A stretch of 64,000 nt of DNA, from positions 2,020 through 66,019 of the forward strand of contig MGTU01000023.1 in the NCBI GenBank assembly GCA_001799615.1, read 5' to 3'. Position 1 is the stretch's first letter. The number at the start of each line of letters is the position of its first letter. The notes under the pieces were generated by a model that was not told the origin of the DNA, did no database searches, and was given only the letters and a program-made list of their open reading frames with translations. The translations under genes and the position numbers were made by a program. Source of the DNA: Elusimicrobia bacterium GWA2_61_42. GTDB taxonomy: Bacteria; Elusimicrobiota; Elusimicrobia; Elusimicrobiales; UBA9959. Positions 18,896 through 27,537 of the stretch are shown here, one piece after another.

Positions 18896-19399
18896 TTAAT
18901 TAACGTCCACCAGCGAGTCCCCGGTGGGTGCTTTGGGTTTACCCGGGTCCAGTTTTTGTTTGCCGTCCACGTTGAAATGGTAGGGATAGGTCCCGGGCAG
19001 GATATAGATGTCGGTTTTCCAGACGCCGTTCTTCTTGGTCATTTTCACGTCCTTCCAGGAGGTGAAGCTGCCGGCTATCTTTACCGATTTTGCCTTGGAG
19101 TCTTTGTATTCGAAAGCGGTCTTTACGGCTTTGATCTTTTCCGGTTCGCCCGCCTGCTCGGCGGCCTGGGCGCCTTTGGTGGTGACGGCGGGTTTGGCCG
19201 CTTCGGTCCCGGCGTCAGCTTCCTGCGCCTCTTCGTCCGTCTCTTCGGCCTGGGGCGCGGGCATGGGCACCGGGTGCACCGCTATGGTGTCCCCGGAGAA
19301 ATGCAGCGAGACGCGCTCGTAAATGGAATAGCCCGCGAAAGCCATGACCGCCAGGCTGATCAGCGCCGCGGCAGCCCAGAACGTTTTTGATTTTGTCAT
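18896..19399 (-). CDS. Membrane-anchored CBM48/AMPK-beta-like glycogen-binding-domain protein
   Basis: Start set at ATG 19399 (the track begins at GTG 19411). N-terminal TM (FWAAAALISLAVMAFAGY), acidic linker, then IAGSFTSWKDVKMTKKNGVWKTDIYILPGTYPYHFNVDG, typical of the E-set/CBM48 fold. Confidence 0.65.
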   Translation of the reverse strand: MTKSKTFWAAAALISLAVMAFAGYSIYERVSLHFSGDTIAVHPVPMPAPQAEETDEEAQEADAGTEAAKPAVTTKGAQAAEQAGEPEKIKAVKTAFEYKDSKAKSVKIAGSFTSWKDVKMTKKNGVWKTDIYILPGTYPYHFNVDGKQKLDPGKPKAPTGDSLVDVN

Positions 19400-19455
19400 T
19401 ATCTTTCTCACCCCGAAGAACGCATTTCACGAACAAAGCCCCTCTGCATAAATCC

Positions 19456-19668
19456 GGAGCGGGCGACATGCGAGCGTCAGCGAGCCTCTCCATCAGGAAC
19501 ATTCCCATCGCCGGGAATATCAAATACACTGCAAAGAACACTAAAAACTCTGCGCAGCTCTGGAGCGGGCGACCTGCGAGCGTCAGCGAGCCTCTCCATC
19601 AGGAACATTCCCATCGCCGGGAATATCGAATACAGTGCAAAGAACCGTAAAAACCCTAACGCAAAACT
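19456..19668. repeat. Two tandem about 106-107-bp repeats, each beginning with a copy of the tRNA-Gly 3' end
   Basis: Unit 1 is 19456-19561 and unit 2 is 19562-19668. The first about 66 nt differ at one position; the tails are more diverged. Each starts GGAGCGGGCGA, the complement of the tRNA 3' acceptor end, and the same 11-12 nt recur at 19669-19680 inside the tRNA gene. Confidence 0.85.
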
Positions 19669-19741
19669 GGAGCGGGCGATGGGAATCGAACCCACGTCTA
19701 ATGCTTGGGAAGCACTCGTACTACCATTGTACGACGCCCGC
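19668..19741 (-). tRNA. tRNA-Gly (anticodon CCC), CCA encoded
   Basis: Minus strand: GCGGGCG TC GTAC AATGGTA GTAC G AGTGC TTCCCAA GCATT AGAC GTGGG TTCGATT CCCAT CGCCCGC T CCA. Full cloverleaf folds by hand, with a 7-nt anticodon loop and CCC at positions 34-36. Confidence 0.95.
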
Positions 19742-19843
19742 GCTGTAACGCCCCGCGCAAAACATCGGGGCTCATGAAGAACAAACCGTCTGAAAACCGT
19801 AACTCGGTAATTCTACCTAAAACCTCTTTAGATTTCAATAATA

Positions 19844-20401
19844 TTATTGTTTCTTTATCAGGTTGAGGAATTCCTGCCTGACCCTGCTGTCGCGCTGGAA
19901 GACTCCCAGCATGGAACTGGTGGTGGCGAAAGAGGTTTCGTTCTTCACCCCCCGCATGCTGACGCAAAGGTGCTCGGCTTCCAGCACCACCCCCACCCCG
20001 CGCGGCTTAAGCTCCTTGAACAGCGTGCCGGCTATTTCCACGGTCAGCCGCTCCTGTACCTGCAGGCGGCGGGCGAAAGCTTCCACCAGGCGGGGTATTT
20101 TCGAAAGGCCCACTATGCGCCCGTTGGGAATGTAGGCCACGTGGGCCTTGCCGAAAAAGGGCAGCATGTGGTGCTCGCACAGGGAATAGAAAGCGATATC
20201 CTTCACGATGACCATCTCGTGGTATTTGGCCTTGAAGAAGGCGCCGTTGAAAACCTTGTCCATATCGGCGCCGTAGCCGGAGGTGATCTCGCGCAGGGCG
20301 CGGGCTACGCGCTGCGGCGTTTTCTTCAGCCCCTCCCTGGCGGGGTCCTCTCCCAGCGCCTTCAGGATCTGCAGGGTTGCGGTTTCTATCGGGTCTTTCA
20401 T
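19844..20401 (-). CDS. folE: GTP cyclohydrolase I
   Basis: Start set at ATG 20401 (MKDPIETATLQIL..); the track ORF carries a 35-codon upstream extension. CEHHMLPF active-site motif and family-typical sequence throughout. Confidence 0.9.
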   Translation of the reverse strand: MKDPIETATLQILKALGEDPAREGLKKTPQRVARALREITSGYGADMDKVFNGAFFKAKYHEMVIVKDIAFYSLCEHHMLPFFGKAHVAYIPNGRIVGLSKIPRLVEAFARRLQVQERLTVEIAGTLFKELKPRGVGVVLEAEHLCVSMRGVKNETSFATTSSMLGVFQRDSRVRQEFLNLIKKQ

Positions 20402-20430
20402 AATTATAATTTTACTAGTTTTACAGGGAC

Positions 20431-20462
20431 AAAAAAAATCCCCCGCTGTCAGCGCGGGGGAT
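20431..20462 (-). terminator. Intrinsic terminator after the 20482-21099 gene
   Basis: Stem 20439-20446 / 20454-20461 (TCCCCCGC / GCGGGGGA), followed on the minus strand by TTTTTTTT (20438-20431). Confidence 0.6.
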
Positions 20463-20481
20463 TTCTCGCCGGGGACGGCGC

Positions 20482-21099
20482 TTATTTGGAAGCGATGTAC
20501 AGCCACTTGCTGGTGGCGTTGACGCTGCGGGAAGCCGCGCGCAGGGCCTTGGCGTCGGCGGCCAGGGTGTCCATGGCCTTCTGCTCTTCCAGCAGCTGGG
20601 TCAGTTTCTTGCCGCGCGCTTTCTTGCCGCCTTTGCGCGAGGAAACCGCGTCGCGCATGGAGGACTTCTTGGTCTTGGCGGCCAGCTGCCCTACCAGGGC
20701 GCTTACATGGCCTGCTTTGCGGTTCACCTTGCGGCTGTAGCTGAAGATGGTGTTGATATACTTGGTGTGGGCGGAGCCGGTCTGTATGGAAGTGAATTCC
20801 TGCTTGTTAAGGGCAGACACGCGGTTAAGGTTGCTGGAGATCATCTTGAGGCTGAGGCCCATGGCGGAAATATCGTGGGCGCTCATGCGGCCGTTGGCGG
20901 AATCCAGGGTTTCCAGGGCTTCGTCGAGATATTCGTCCTGGCGCACCAGTTTGAAAAGGATGTCTTTGAACTCGCGGGTCTTGGCGTCTTCCCGGCTGAC
21001 GGCCGTTGCCGGCGCGGTTTTAGCGGGCGTTGAGGCGAAAGCTAACCCCATGCCAGCGAGCAGTATAAGTCCGGCCGAGAGCGCGAATTTGTTTTTCAT
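20482..21099 (-). CDS. Hypothetical secreted helical protein
   Basis: 205-aa ORF with AGGAGG RBS. Signal peptide MKNKFALSAGLILLAGMGLAFAS. Helical, Lys/Ala-rich mature part. No motif recognised. Confidence 0.6.
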   Translation of the reverse strand: MKNKFALSAGLILLAGMGLAFASTPAKTAPATAVSREDAKTREFKDILFKLVRQDEYLDEALETLDSANGRMSAHDISAMGLSLKMISSNLNRVSALNKQEFTSIQTGSAHTKYINTIFSYSRKVNRKAGHVSALVGQLAAKTKKSSMRDAVSSRKGGKKARGKKLTQLLEEQKAMDTLAADAKALRAASRSVNATSKWLYIASK

Positions 21100-21182
21100 A
21101 AAGCGTAGCCTCCTGCAACCATTGGTATAGTTTACATTTAAGCGGCAAACCCGGCACGGGTCCGGGGACTATATTTATAAAG

Positions 21183-21211
21183 GAAAAAGGCCTACGCGCG
21201 GGTAGGCCTTT
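21183..21211 (-). terminator. Putative intrinsic terminator after cca
   Basis: AAAGGCCTAC-gcgcgg-GTAGGCCTTT hairpin (21186-21211), followed on the minus strand by a short T run. Confidence 0.5.
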
Positions 21212-21242
21212 CGGGCAAGTCGGGGTCGGCGGTTCTGGAAAG

Positions 21243-22724
21243 CTACTTCATTCCCTTCAGCGCCTTCAAAGCCTGGTCCCGGGTCTTTATCTTGCCTTCG
21301 AACTGCAGCAGGTGGATCTTTTCCAGCAGCTCGCCTATGCGCGGGCCTTCTGGCAGCTTTAGGACCTTTATCACGTCGTTGCCGTCCACCAGGCGCGTGC
21401 AGCGCAGTTTCATGTTCTTCTTGATGTAAACCCTGAAGAGCTGGTAGAGCACCTGCATATAGCGCAGGGTTTTTTTAGGAGAGTTGTAGGGCAGGCCCGG
21501 CTTCAGCGGGGCCGGCGCGTCCTGCAGGCGCTTCTTCATCGTCTTCAGCTGTTCGGCCGACACGTAACTGGCGTGGTCGGCCCAGGAAAGGACCAGCAGC
21601 GGCACGGTATATTCGCCGAGGGTGCGGAAGAACCGGAACATCGCCCGGTCCGAAATGGCGTCGTTGGCCGCCAGGTTGCCGGGGCGCAGGTGGGTGCCGA
21701 TGATCCTGGACACCAGGCGGATCTCGTCGCGGGAGAAGCGCAGCTCCTCCATGACCTTTTCCGCCATGATGGCGCCGTATTCCTCGTGGCCGAAAAAGCG
21801 CAGGCGGCCGTTGATCATGGCGGCCTTGGGTGGCTTGGCGATGTCGTGCAGCAGCGCGGCGAATTTCAGGACGCGCGGCTCGGACAGGAACTCCTGCACT
21901 TTTTTGTAGCCGGGCAGGTAGCCGGGCAGGTTCTCGAAAAGGTGGTCGAGGCGTTCCACCACCAGCAGGGTGTGCTTGAGCACGCCGCCTTTGCCGTAGT
22001 AGCCGACCGCGCAGGTTTCCTGCGCCGCCAGGTCGGGGAAGATGGCGGTCAGCAGCCCGTGTTTGTGCATCAGGGCCAGCCACTTGTGCGACTCCGCGCT
22101 TTCGAAGAGGCGGACCAGTTCTTCACGCACGCGTTCCTGGGCCGGTTTTTTTATCAGGGCCGCCTGTTTCTTCACGGCCTTGAGCGCCGCCGGGTCTATG
22201 GTGAAATCCAGGCTTGCCGCTATGCGGAAAGCGCGCAGCAGGCGCACGGGGTCTTCGGTGAAGACGCCGGCCGAGACGGTCTTTATCTTTTTAGCCGCCA
22301 GGTCCTTGAGCCCGCCGCATGGGTCGATGACTTTCGCCCGGTCGACGCGCAGGGTGAAGCCGCCAAGTTTGCCGGCGGCCTTGAACTCCAGGCCCGGGAC
22401 CAGGCGGAGGGCCATGGCGTTGATGGTGAAGTCGCGCCTTTCCAGGTCGGGCTTGAGCGCCCCCCCCACGAACGGCATGACGTCGAGCTGCGCGTGCGGG
22501 GCCTTGCGGCCCGTCAGGCGGTACACCTGGTTCTCCTCGTCGAGAGGAAAACAGGCGGCGTCCAGCCTGCGGGCGAGTTCCTGGACCTTGGCGCGGAAAG
22601 CGGGCGACGGCGGCACCGCCAGGTCTATGTCTTTGAAGGGGCGTTTAAGGACGGCGTCGCGCAGCGCGCCGCCCACCAGGTAGGCTTCGCCGAAGACTTT
22701 AAGTATGCTGCCGGTTAGGTTCAT
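21243..22724 (-). CDS. cca: CCA-adding enzyme / poly(A) polymerase family nucleotidyltransferase with HD domain
   Basis: Start set at ATG 22724 (MNLTGSILKVFGEAYLVGGALRDAVL..); the track ORF extends 85 codons upstream into the neighbouring gene. GGALRD..DIDLAV and RRDFTINAMA head-domain motifs; HD motif LLHDIAKP. Confidence 0.8.
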   Translation of the reverse strand: MNLTGSILKVFGEAYLVGGALRDAVLKRPFKDIDLAVPPSPAFRAKVQELARRLDAACFPLDEENQVYRLTGRKAPHAQLDVMPFVGGALKPDLERRDFTINAMALRLVPGLEFKAAGKLGGFTLRVDRAKVIDPCGGLKDLAAKKIKTVSAGVFTEDPVRLLRAFRIAASLDFTIDPAALKAVKKQAALIKKPAQERVREELVRLFESAESHKWLALMHKHGLLTAIFPDLAAQETCAVGYYGKGGVLKHTLLVVERLDHLFENLPGYLPGYKKVQEFLSEPRVLKFAALLHDIAKPPKAAMINGRLRFFGHEEYGAIMAEKVMEELRFSRDEIRLVSRIIGTHLRPGNLAANDAISDRAMFRFFRTLGEYTVPLLVLSWADHASYVSAEQLKTMKKRLQDAPAPLKPGLPYNSPKKTLRYMQVLYQLFRVYIKKNMKLRCTRLVDGNDVIKVLKLPEGPRIGELLEKIHLLQFEGKIKTRDQALKALKGMK

Positions 22725-22753
22725 TAGAGGCCTGACTTGGGGGTTCGGCCGGT

Positions 22754-24358
22754 TCAGCGCGCGGCGGGCGCGGGGCCCGCGGCCGAGGCGGCCTTGACGC
22801 GCTTTTCCAGCTCCCTCTTGAGCAGTTCGCGCTTCAGCACTTTCTGCATGGTGTTCTTGGGCAGGGCGCTGACTATCTCCACTTCGCGCGGGCGCTTGTA
22901 GGCGTCGAAATTGGCCCTGATGTACTGCATGACCTCGCCCTTCTCCAGCTGCATGTCGGGCCTGGGTACGCAGAAGCATTTCATGGTCTCGTTGCCGGAA
23001 CCGTCGGGGATGCCGATCACGGCGTTCTCCAGCACCTTGGGATGCGCGTTGATCACGTGCTCGATCTGCGCCGGGAAAACCTTGAGGCCCTTAACTATCA
23101 CCATGTCCTTCTTGCGGTCGCGGATGAACAGGAAGCCGTCCGTGTCCAGCACGCCGATGTCGCCGGTCTTGAGCCAGCCGTCCTGCGTGAACAGCTCGCG
23201 GGTCGCGGCGTCGTTGTCATGGTAGCCGCGCGTGATATTGGGGCCCATCACGCAGATCTCCCCCTCTTCGCCGTGCTTGAGGTGGGTGCCGTCCTCGCCC
23301 ATTATGCGTATCTTGACGCCGGGAATGGCCTTGCCCACGGAGCCCTGCTTGCGCGAGCGGGGCGGGACGATGGTGACCACCGGGCTGGTCTCGGTCAGGC
23401 CGTAGCCTTCCAGGATGTGCAGGCCGAAGGATTTATAGAAATGCTGGGTGATGGTGTGGTTCAGCGGGGCCGCGCCGGACAGGCACAGCCGCACTTTCCT
23501 GAGGCTCCAGAACTTCAGGAAGAATTTCTTGAGGCCGCGGGCCTCCTTGGCCAGCACGCCGTAGATCTGCGGCACGGCGATCATGATGGTGACGCCCTCG
23601 CGGCCCATGGCCTGCAGCCAGGGCTTGGGCGGGGTGATGCTTTTCACTATCATGGTCTTGGAGCCCAGCAGAATGGGCGTTATGACGTTGCCGGTCCAGG
23701 AGAAGGTGTGGAACATGGGCAGCAGCGCCATGAAGACGTCTTTTTTGGTGGGTTCCAGGGTGTTGATGGCGGCCTTGGAGTTTTCCAGCATGTTGTGGTG
23801 CGTCAGCAGCACGCCCTTGGGGTGGCCGGTGGTGCCGGAGGTATAAAGGATGGAGGCCACGTCGTGCTCTTCCGCCGAGGCCTTCTGGGTCTGGGGGTGG
23901 TAATGCGCGTGCTTGAGGTAATGCCAGAAATCCGTGACGCCGTCGATGCCGCAGAAGTCGGCCGAGACTATGAATTTCAGGCCGGGCAGGTCCTTCCTTA
24001 TGGACGTATAGTTCTTGACGAACTCCTTCTCGGTCACGACGCCTTTGCAGGAGGAGTTCAGCAGGATATAGGAGATCTCCTCGCCTTTGGACACCATGTA
24101 GTTGATGGGCACGGCCACCGCGCCGATCTTTACCAGGGCGAAATAGGCGATAACGAACTCGGGTGAGTTGCGCAGCACTATGGCGGCGCGGTCACCTTTG
24201 CGCAGGCCCAGCTGCCAGAACATATCGGCGGCGCGGTCCACCGAAAAAAGGACCTCGTGCCAGGACATGCGCTTGTCCCCGGTCACAAAGGCGGTCTCTT
24301 CGGGGTTCCTTTCGGCCGTTTTTGCCAGGCAGGAGTAAAGATCTTTGGGTTCGGTCAT
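22754..24358 (-). CDS. Long-chain fatty acid-CoA ligase (AMP-binding superfamily)
   Basis: 534-aa ORF with GGAGGG RBS. AMP-binding signature YTSGTTGHPKGV, plus GYGLTE, TGDIG and KRPREV motifs. Confidence 0.85.
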   Translation of the reverse strand: MTEPKDLYSCLAKTAERNPEETAFVTGDKRMSWHEVLFSVDRAADMFWQLGLRKGDRAAIVLRNSPEFVIAYFALVKIGAVAVPINYMVSKGEEISYILLNSSCKGVVTEKEFVKNYTSIRKDLPGLKFIVSADFCGIDGVTDFWHYLKHAHYHPQTQKASAEEHDVASILYTSGTTGHPKGVLLTHHNMLENSKAAINTLEPTKKDVFMALLPMFHTFSWTGNVITPILLGSKTMIVKSITPPKPWLQAMGREGVTIMIAVPQIYGVLAKEARGLKKFFLKFWSLRKVRLCLSGAAPLNHTITQHFYKSFGLHILEGYGLTETSPVVTIVPPRSRKQGSVGKAIPGVKIRIMGEDGTHLKHGEEGEICVMGPNITRGYHDNDAATRELFTQDGWLKTGDIGVLDTDGFLFIRDRKKDMVIVKGLKVFPAQIEHVINAHPKVLENAVIGIPDGSGNETMKCFCVPRPDMQLEKGEVMQYIRANFDAYKRPREVEIVSALPKNTMQKVLKRELLKRELEKRVKAASAAGPAPAAR

Positions 24359-24446
24359 GTTTTAACGCCCTCCGGAACGCGGATAAAGGTAAATTGTAGA
24401 TAAAAAAGAAGCCTTATAAAAGGGTCTGTAACAAATATAACGCGGT

Positions 24447-24586
24447 CCGCGGCGCGACAGAGGGGCCGGAACGCAAAAACAGCGTCGCGCACACCGTGCG
24501 CGCGCTTCCCCGCCTCAGCCCTCGCGCTATGCAAGCTCGGGCTTCCGGCAGGGTTTTGCTTATCCGGCCCCTTTGTCACGCCGCGG
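24447..24586. repeat. About 140-bp imperfect palindromic (long-hairpin) element, copy 1
   Basis: Terminal inverted repeat CCGCGGCGCGACAGAGGGGCCGGA / TCCGGCCCCTTTGTCACGCCGCGG. Internal hairpin CGCGCAC-ACC-GTGCGCG and a TATGCAAG loop block. Shares ordered sequence blocks with 53730-53863. Confidence 0.6.
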
Positions 24587-24594
24587 AGTTCTGG

Positions 24595-26079
24595 CTAGTC
24601 CCGGCCCGCCTCGTGTACCTGGATGTAGCGCTTGGCCAGCAGCAGGCCCACGGGCGTCAGCATGGCCATTACCGCCACGATCAGCCAGATCATCTGGGAA
24701 TTGCGGGGCCCCTCCACCGGGCAGTACTTGGCCAGCAGGAAGCCCGACATGGCGCCCACGAAGAACTTGGCGAAGAAGTAAGGCAGCATGGACAGGGCCA
24801 TGTAAGACCCCTCCTGCCCTTTGGGCGCTATGGCCGCGGGATACTCGTAGAGCCGCGGGGAATAGAAGGATTCGCCCACGGAATAGATCACCACGCACAG
24901 CACTATGGCCACGTACAGCGGGTGCACCGGCCCGGTCAGCCCCAGCCAGGAGTGCCCTATCAAATTGCCCAGCCAGCCGTCGGCCAGCCCCTGGAACAGG
25001 GCGGGCGGCACGGCCATGAAGAACACCGCCAGGGCGGAGATGGTGGTGCCCACGATCACCGCCTTGTAGGCCGTGAACTTCTGCGTCAGCGCGCCTATCA
25101 CCGGGGCCAGGATCACCACGATGACCGCGTTGAGCACCGAGAAGATCTGCCCTATCGGCGCGCCGTCGCCCAGCTCGCGGATGGCGAACTTGGGAAAGGT
25201 GTAGTAGAAGTGGTACAGGATGAGCTTCACGAACACCACGAAGCCGAAGAAGGCCAGGAAGCGGTAGAAGGTCGGCTGCGTCCAGAGGTTGGAGAAGATC
25301 TTGAACCAGCCCTTCAGCGCGTCGCGGCAGGAAAGGAAGAACGCCTCTATGAAGGACTTCTCCGGGTACAGGGACACCTCGGGGGTTATCTTTATCCCCT
25401 CGTCGGTGACCTCGAGGCCGCCGCGCAGGCCGAAGTAGGTGATCAGCAGGTTGGGGATGGTGAACAGCAGGCCCAGCAGGATGATGGTCTGGTAGGTGCT
25501 GATCTGCACGCCGACCACGGGCAGGGTGTAGTGGCCGTACTCGCCCAGCACCGCGCGCACTTTGTCGAAGCTCCAGCCGGCGATGGCGAAGCCGATGTTC
25601 ATCATGGCGTAGTAGACGGAGAACGCGATGGCGCGCTGGCGCGTGGTGGAGAAGCGCTTTACCGCCGCCACCATCACCGGGGTCTGCAGCGCCTCGCCCA
25701 GCGCCAGCGGCAGCAGGCCCAGCGGCAGGGCTATCCACGGCACGGAGAAGAAGGACATCACGAAGCGGGCCAGCACGCAGAGGCCGAAACCGGCCAGCAG
25801 CGATTTGCGGATGCCCACCGCGTCTACGAGCGAGCCCACCATCACGGTGAACAGGGTCAGCACGGAGGACCAGCTGGCTATCACGATGCCGGCGTTCTGG
25901 TCGCTGAGGCCCACGTCGGAGGACAGCCACAGGCCCAGGGTGGAAGTGCCCACCAGGCCGTAGGCCAGGATGGTGAGGATCTTCGTGCCGAAGATCAGCC
26001 ACAGCTCCCGCGCCGCGCCTTTCAGCACCATGAACTTGCCGATGAACGATTCTTCTTGTGTAGCGGTTGTATCAGTCAT
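24595..26079 (-). CDS. MFS transporter
   Basis: Start set at ATG 26079 (GGAGA RBS); the track begins at TTG 26118. About 12-14 hydrophobic helices with MFS-like loop patterns. Substrate not inferable. Confidence 0.8.
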   Translation of the reverse strand: MTDTTATQEESFIGKFMVLKGAARELWLIFGTKILTILAYGLVGTSTLGLWLSSDVGLSDQNAGIVIASWSSVLTLFTVMVGSLVDAVGIRKSLLAGFGLCVLARFVMSFFSVPWIALPLGLLPLALGEALQTPVMVAAVKRFSTTRQRAIAFSVYYAMMNIGFAIAGWSFDKVRAVLGEYGHYTLPVVGVQISTYQTIILLGLLFTIPNLLITYFGLRGGLEVTDEGIKITPEVSLYPEKSFIEAFFLSCRDALKGWFKIFSNLWTQPTFYRFLAFFGFVVFVKLILYHFYYTFPKFAIRELGDGAPIGQIFSVLNAVIVVILAPVIGALTQKFTAYKAVIVGTTISALAVFFMAVPPALFQGLADGWLGNLIGHSWLGLTGPVHPLYVAIVLCVVIYSVGESFYSPRLYEYPAAIAPKGQEGSYMALSMLPYFFAKFFVGAMSGFLLAKYCPVEGPRNSQMIWLIVAVMAMLTPVGLLLAKRYIQVHEAGRD

Positions 26080-26121
26080 TGTCTTAGCGTCTCCAGTTTC
26101 TTTTTTTAAATACTCCAAAGC

Positions 26122-27537
26122 TCAGTTTTTCCGCCGGGCGGCCTTCCAGGCCAGCAGGGCGGCCGCGCCCAGCGCGAAAACGAAAGAGAAAGGCGCGAAC
26201 AGCCAGCCGGCGCGGGTGTAGAAAGTCCCCCCGCCGCCCAGCCAGGCTTCGGCCACCAGCGCGCCTTCTTTGCCGGTCTCAAGTTCCGCCCGCGTGCGGC
26301 CCAGGCGGTCTATCACCTGCGAATAGCCGGAAGAAGCCGCGCGCACCAGCCAGAGGCCGGTTTCCGCGGCCCGCGCCGCCGACATGTCGGAATGCTGGCG
26401 GTGCTGCCGCTCGCTCCATTCCACCGGGTCCAGCGTGGGCACTACCAGCAGCTGCGCGCCCAGGCCGGCCATTTTCCTGGCCCCGTCCTCGAAAGCCAGG
26501 TCGTAGCAGATCTGGGGGCCCAGTTTGCCCAGCGGCGTTTGCACCGGCGCCGGTGCTTTATTGGCCGGCAGGCCGGTCTCTACGAACTGTACCGGCCGCA
26601 TTTTATTGTAAACGCCTATGGTTTTTTTGTCGCGGCCCAGCACCAGCGTGAAATTCGCGCGCTTTACTCCCAGGGTCTTGTTGGCGTCCACGCAGACGCC
26701 GACCACGGTTTCGGCGCGGGAAGTTTTGAGCTTGGCCGCTATCAGGGCGGCGTAGGCGGGGCTGTCGGCCGCCGGCATCATTACCGAACACTCCGGCCAC
26801 ACCAGCAGGTCCGCGGCCGCGGCTGCCGGCGTAAGGCTGAACCCGGCCAGTTTGTTTATATCCGAGCGCTCGGCCTGCACCAGCGCCACTTTAATGGGTT
26901 TGCCGTTCTCCGCCGGCAGGGTGCGCAGGCGGCGGCTCCCCCACGAGGTAATTACCAGGAGCGCGCCGAGGAAGACCGCGGCGGGCAGCCGCAGTTTGCG
27001 CGGGCCCAGCGCCCAGGCGGCGTTGGCCGCCGCCATGAAGGCCGAAAGCCCGTACACGCCCCAGACGCTGAGCGACTGGAAGACCGGCAGGGTATAGGTC
27101 TGGCTGTAGCCGAGGCCCAGCCAGGGGCAGGCCAGCGGCCAGAGTTCCGAACGGAAATATTCGATGCCGGCCCAGATCACGCCGGAGGCGGCCGCCCAGG
27201 CGAGCGCGCGCAGGTTCCCGCCGCCGCGTTCTTCGGCCAGGTCCCACAGGCCGCGGACCAGGGCGGCGTGCAGCGCCAGCCACAGGGCGAACACGCCCCA
27301 GAAAACTATGGCGAGGTAATGCACCACCGTGGTCATCCAGGCCAGGGAAAGCGAATAAAAAACCGCGCCGGTCAGCGCGCCCAGCCGGGCGGCCGCCGCG
27401 GCGCCGCCGCTTTCCAGCACGGCGTAGAAAAGAGGGGCCAGCGCTATCCAGGCCAGTTCCCCGCGGCCGAAAGGCGCGAACGAAGCGGCCAGCAGGAGCC
27501 CGGAGAACGCGGCGAGGAGAGGGTGCTTTAACTTCAT
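26122..27537 (-). CDS. lnt: Apolipoprotein N-acyltransferase
   Basis: 471-aa ORF. N-terminal polytopic region (LLAAFSGLLLAASFAPFG..), then a CN-hydrolase domain with VWPE, K and ICYD catalytic-triad contexts. Confidence 0.85.
   Translation of the reverse strand: MKLKHPLLAAFSGLLLAASFAPFGRGELAWIALAPLFYAVLESGGAAAAARLGALTGAVFYSLSLAWMTTVVHYLAIVFWGVFALWLALHAALVRGLWDLAEERGGGNLRALAWAAASGVIWAGIEYFRSELWPLACPWLGLGYSQTYTLPVFQSLSVWGVYGLSAFMAAANAAWALGPRKLRLPAAVFLGALLVITSWGSRRLRTLPAENGKPIKVALVQAERSDINKLAGFSLTPAAAAADLLVWPECSVMMPAADSPAYAALIAAKLKTSRAETVVGVCVDANKTLGVKRANFTLVLGRDKKTIGVYNKMRPVQFVETGLPANKAPAPVQTPLGKLGPQICYDLAFEDGARKMAGLGAQLLVVPTLDPVEWSERQHRQHSDMSAARAAETGLWLVRAASSGYSQVIDRLGRTRAELETGKEGALVAEAWLGGGGTFYTRAGWLFAPFSFVFALGAAALLAWKAARRKN

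Noticed and set aside
19456-19668. Possible CRISPR array.
   Set aside because: There are only two units, directly abutting with no unique spacers. The unit length of about 106 bp is far beyond CRISPR repeat size. No cas genes are present.
19215-19695. ORFs of 108 aa and 72 aa (and 87 aa on the plus strand) spanning the tRNA-linked repeats and sharing the peptide FPAMGMFLMERLADAR.
   Set aside because: The shared peptide simply reflects translation of the tandem DNA repeat. One ORF reads into the tRNA gene. There is no RBS and no coding-type composition.
19412-19843. Integrated mobile element at the tRNA-Gly 3' end.
   Set aside because: Direct repeats of the tRNA 3' end are present, but the intervening DNA is only about 95 bp per unit. 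No integrase, excisionase or phage/ICE genes occur on either side. I report it as tRNA-linked repeats and not as a mobile element.
21243-22979. Long N-terminal extensions in the ORF track: cca to 22979, dtd to 39671, folE to 20506, the GT-C-like gene from 45590, the NuoC-like gene to 57041, MFS to 26118 and speH to 12004.
   Set aside because: The extensions overlap upstream genes or promoter regions and are Arg/Pro-rich or otherwise non-homologous. Conserved N-termini with RBS or -10 boxes begin at internal ATGs, so the starts were moved.
24447-24586. A riboswitch or MITE explanation for the two long-hairpin elements.
   Set aside because: The downstream genes differ (acyl-CoA ligase versus MscS), which argues against a ligand-specific riboswitch. 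The terminal inverted repeats differ between copies and no target-site duplication is evident, which argues against a classical MITE. I keep it as an unclassified structured repeat.
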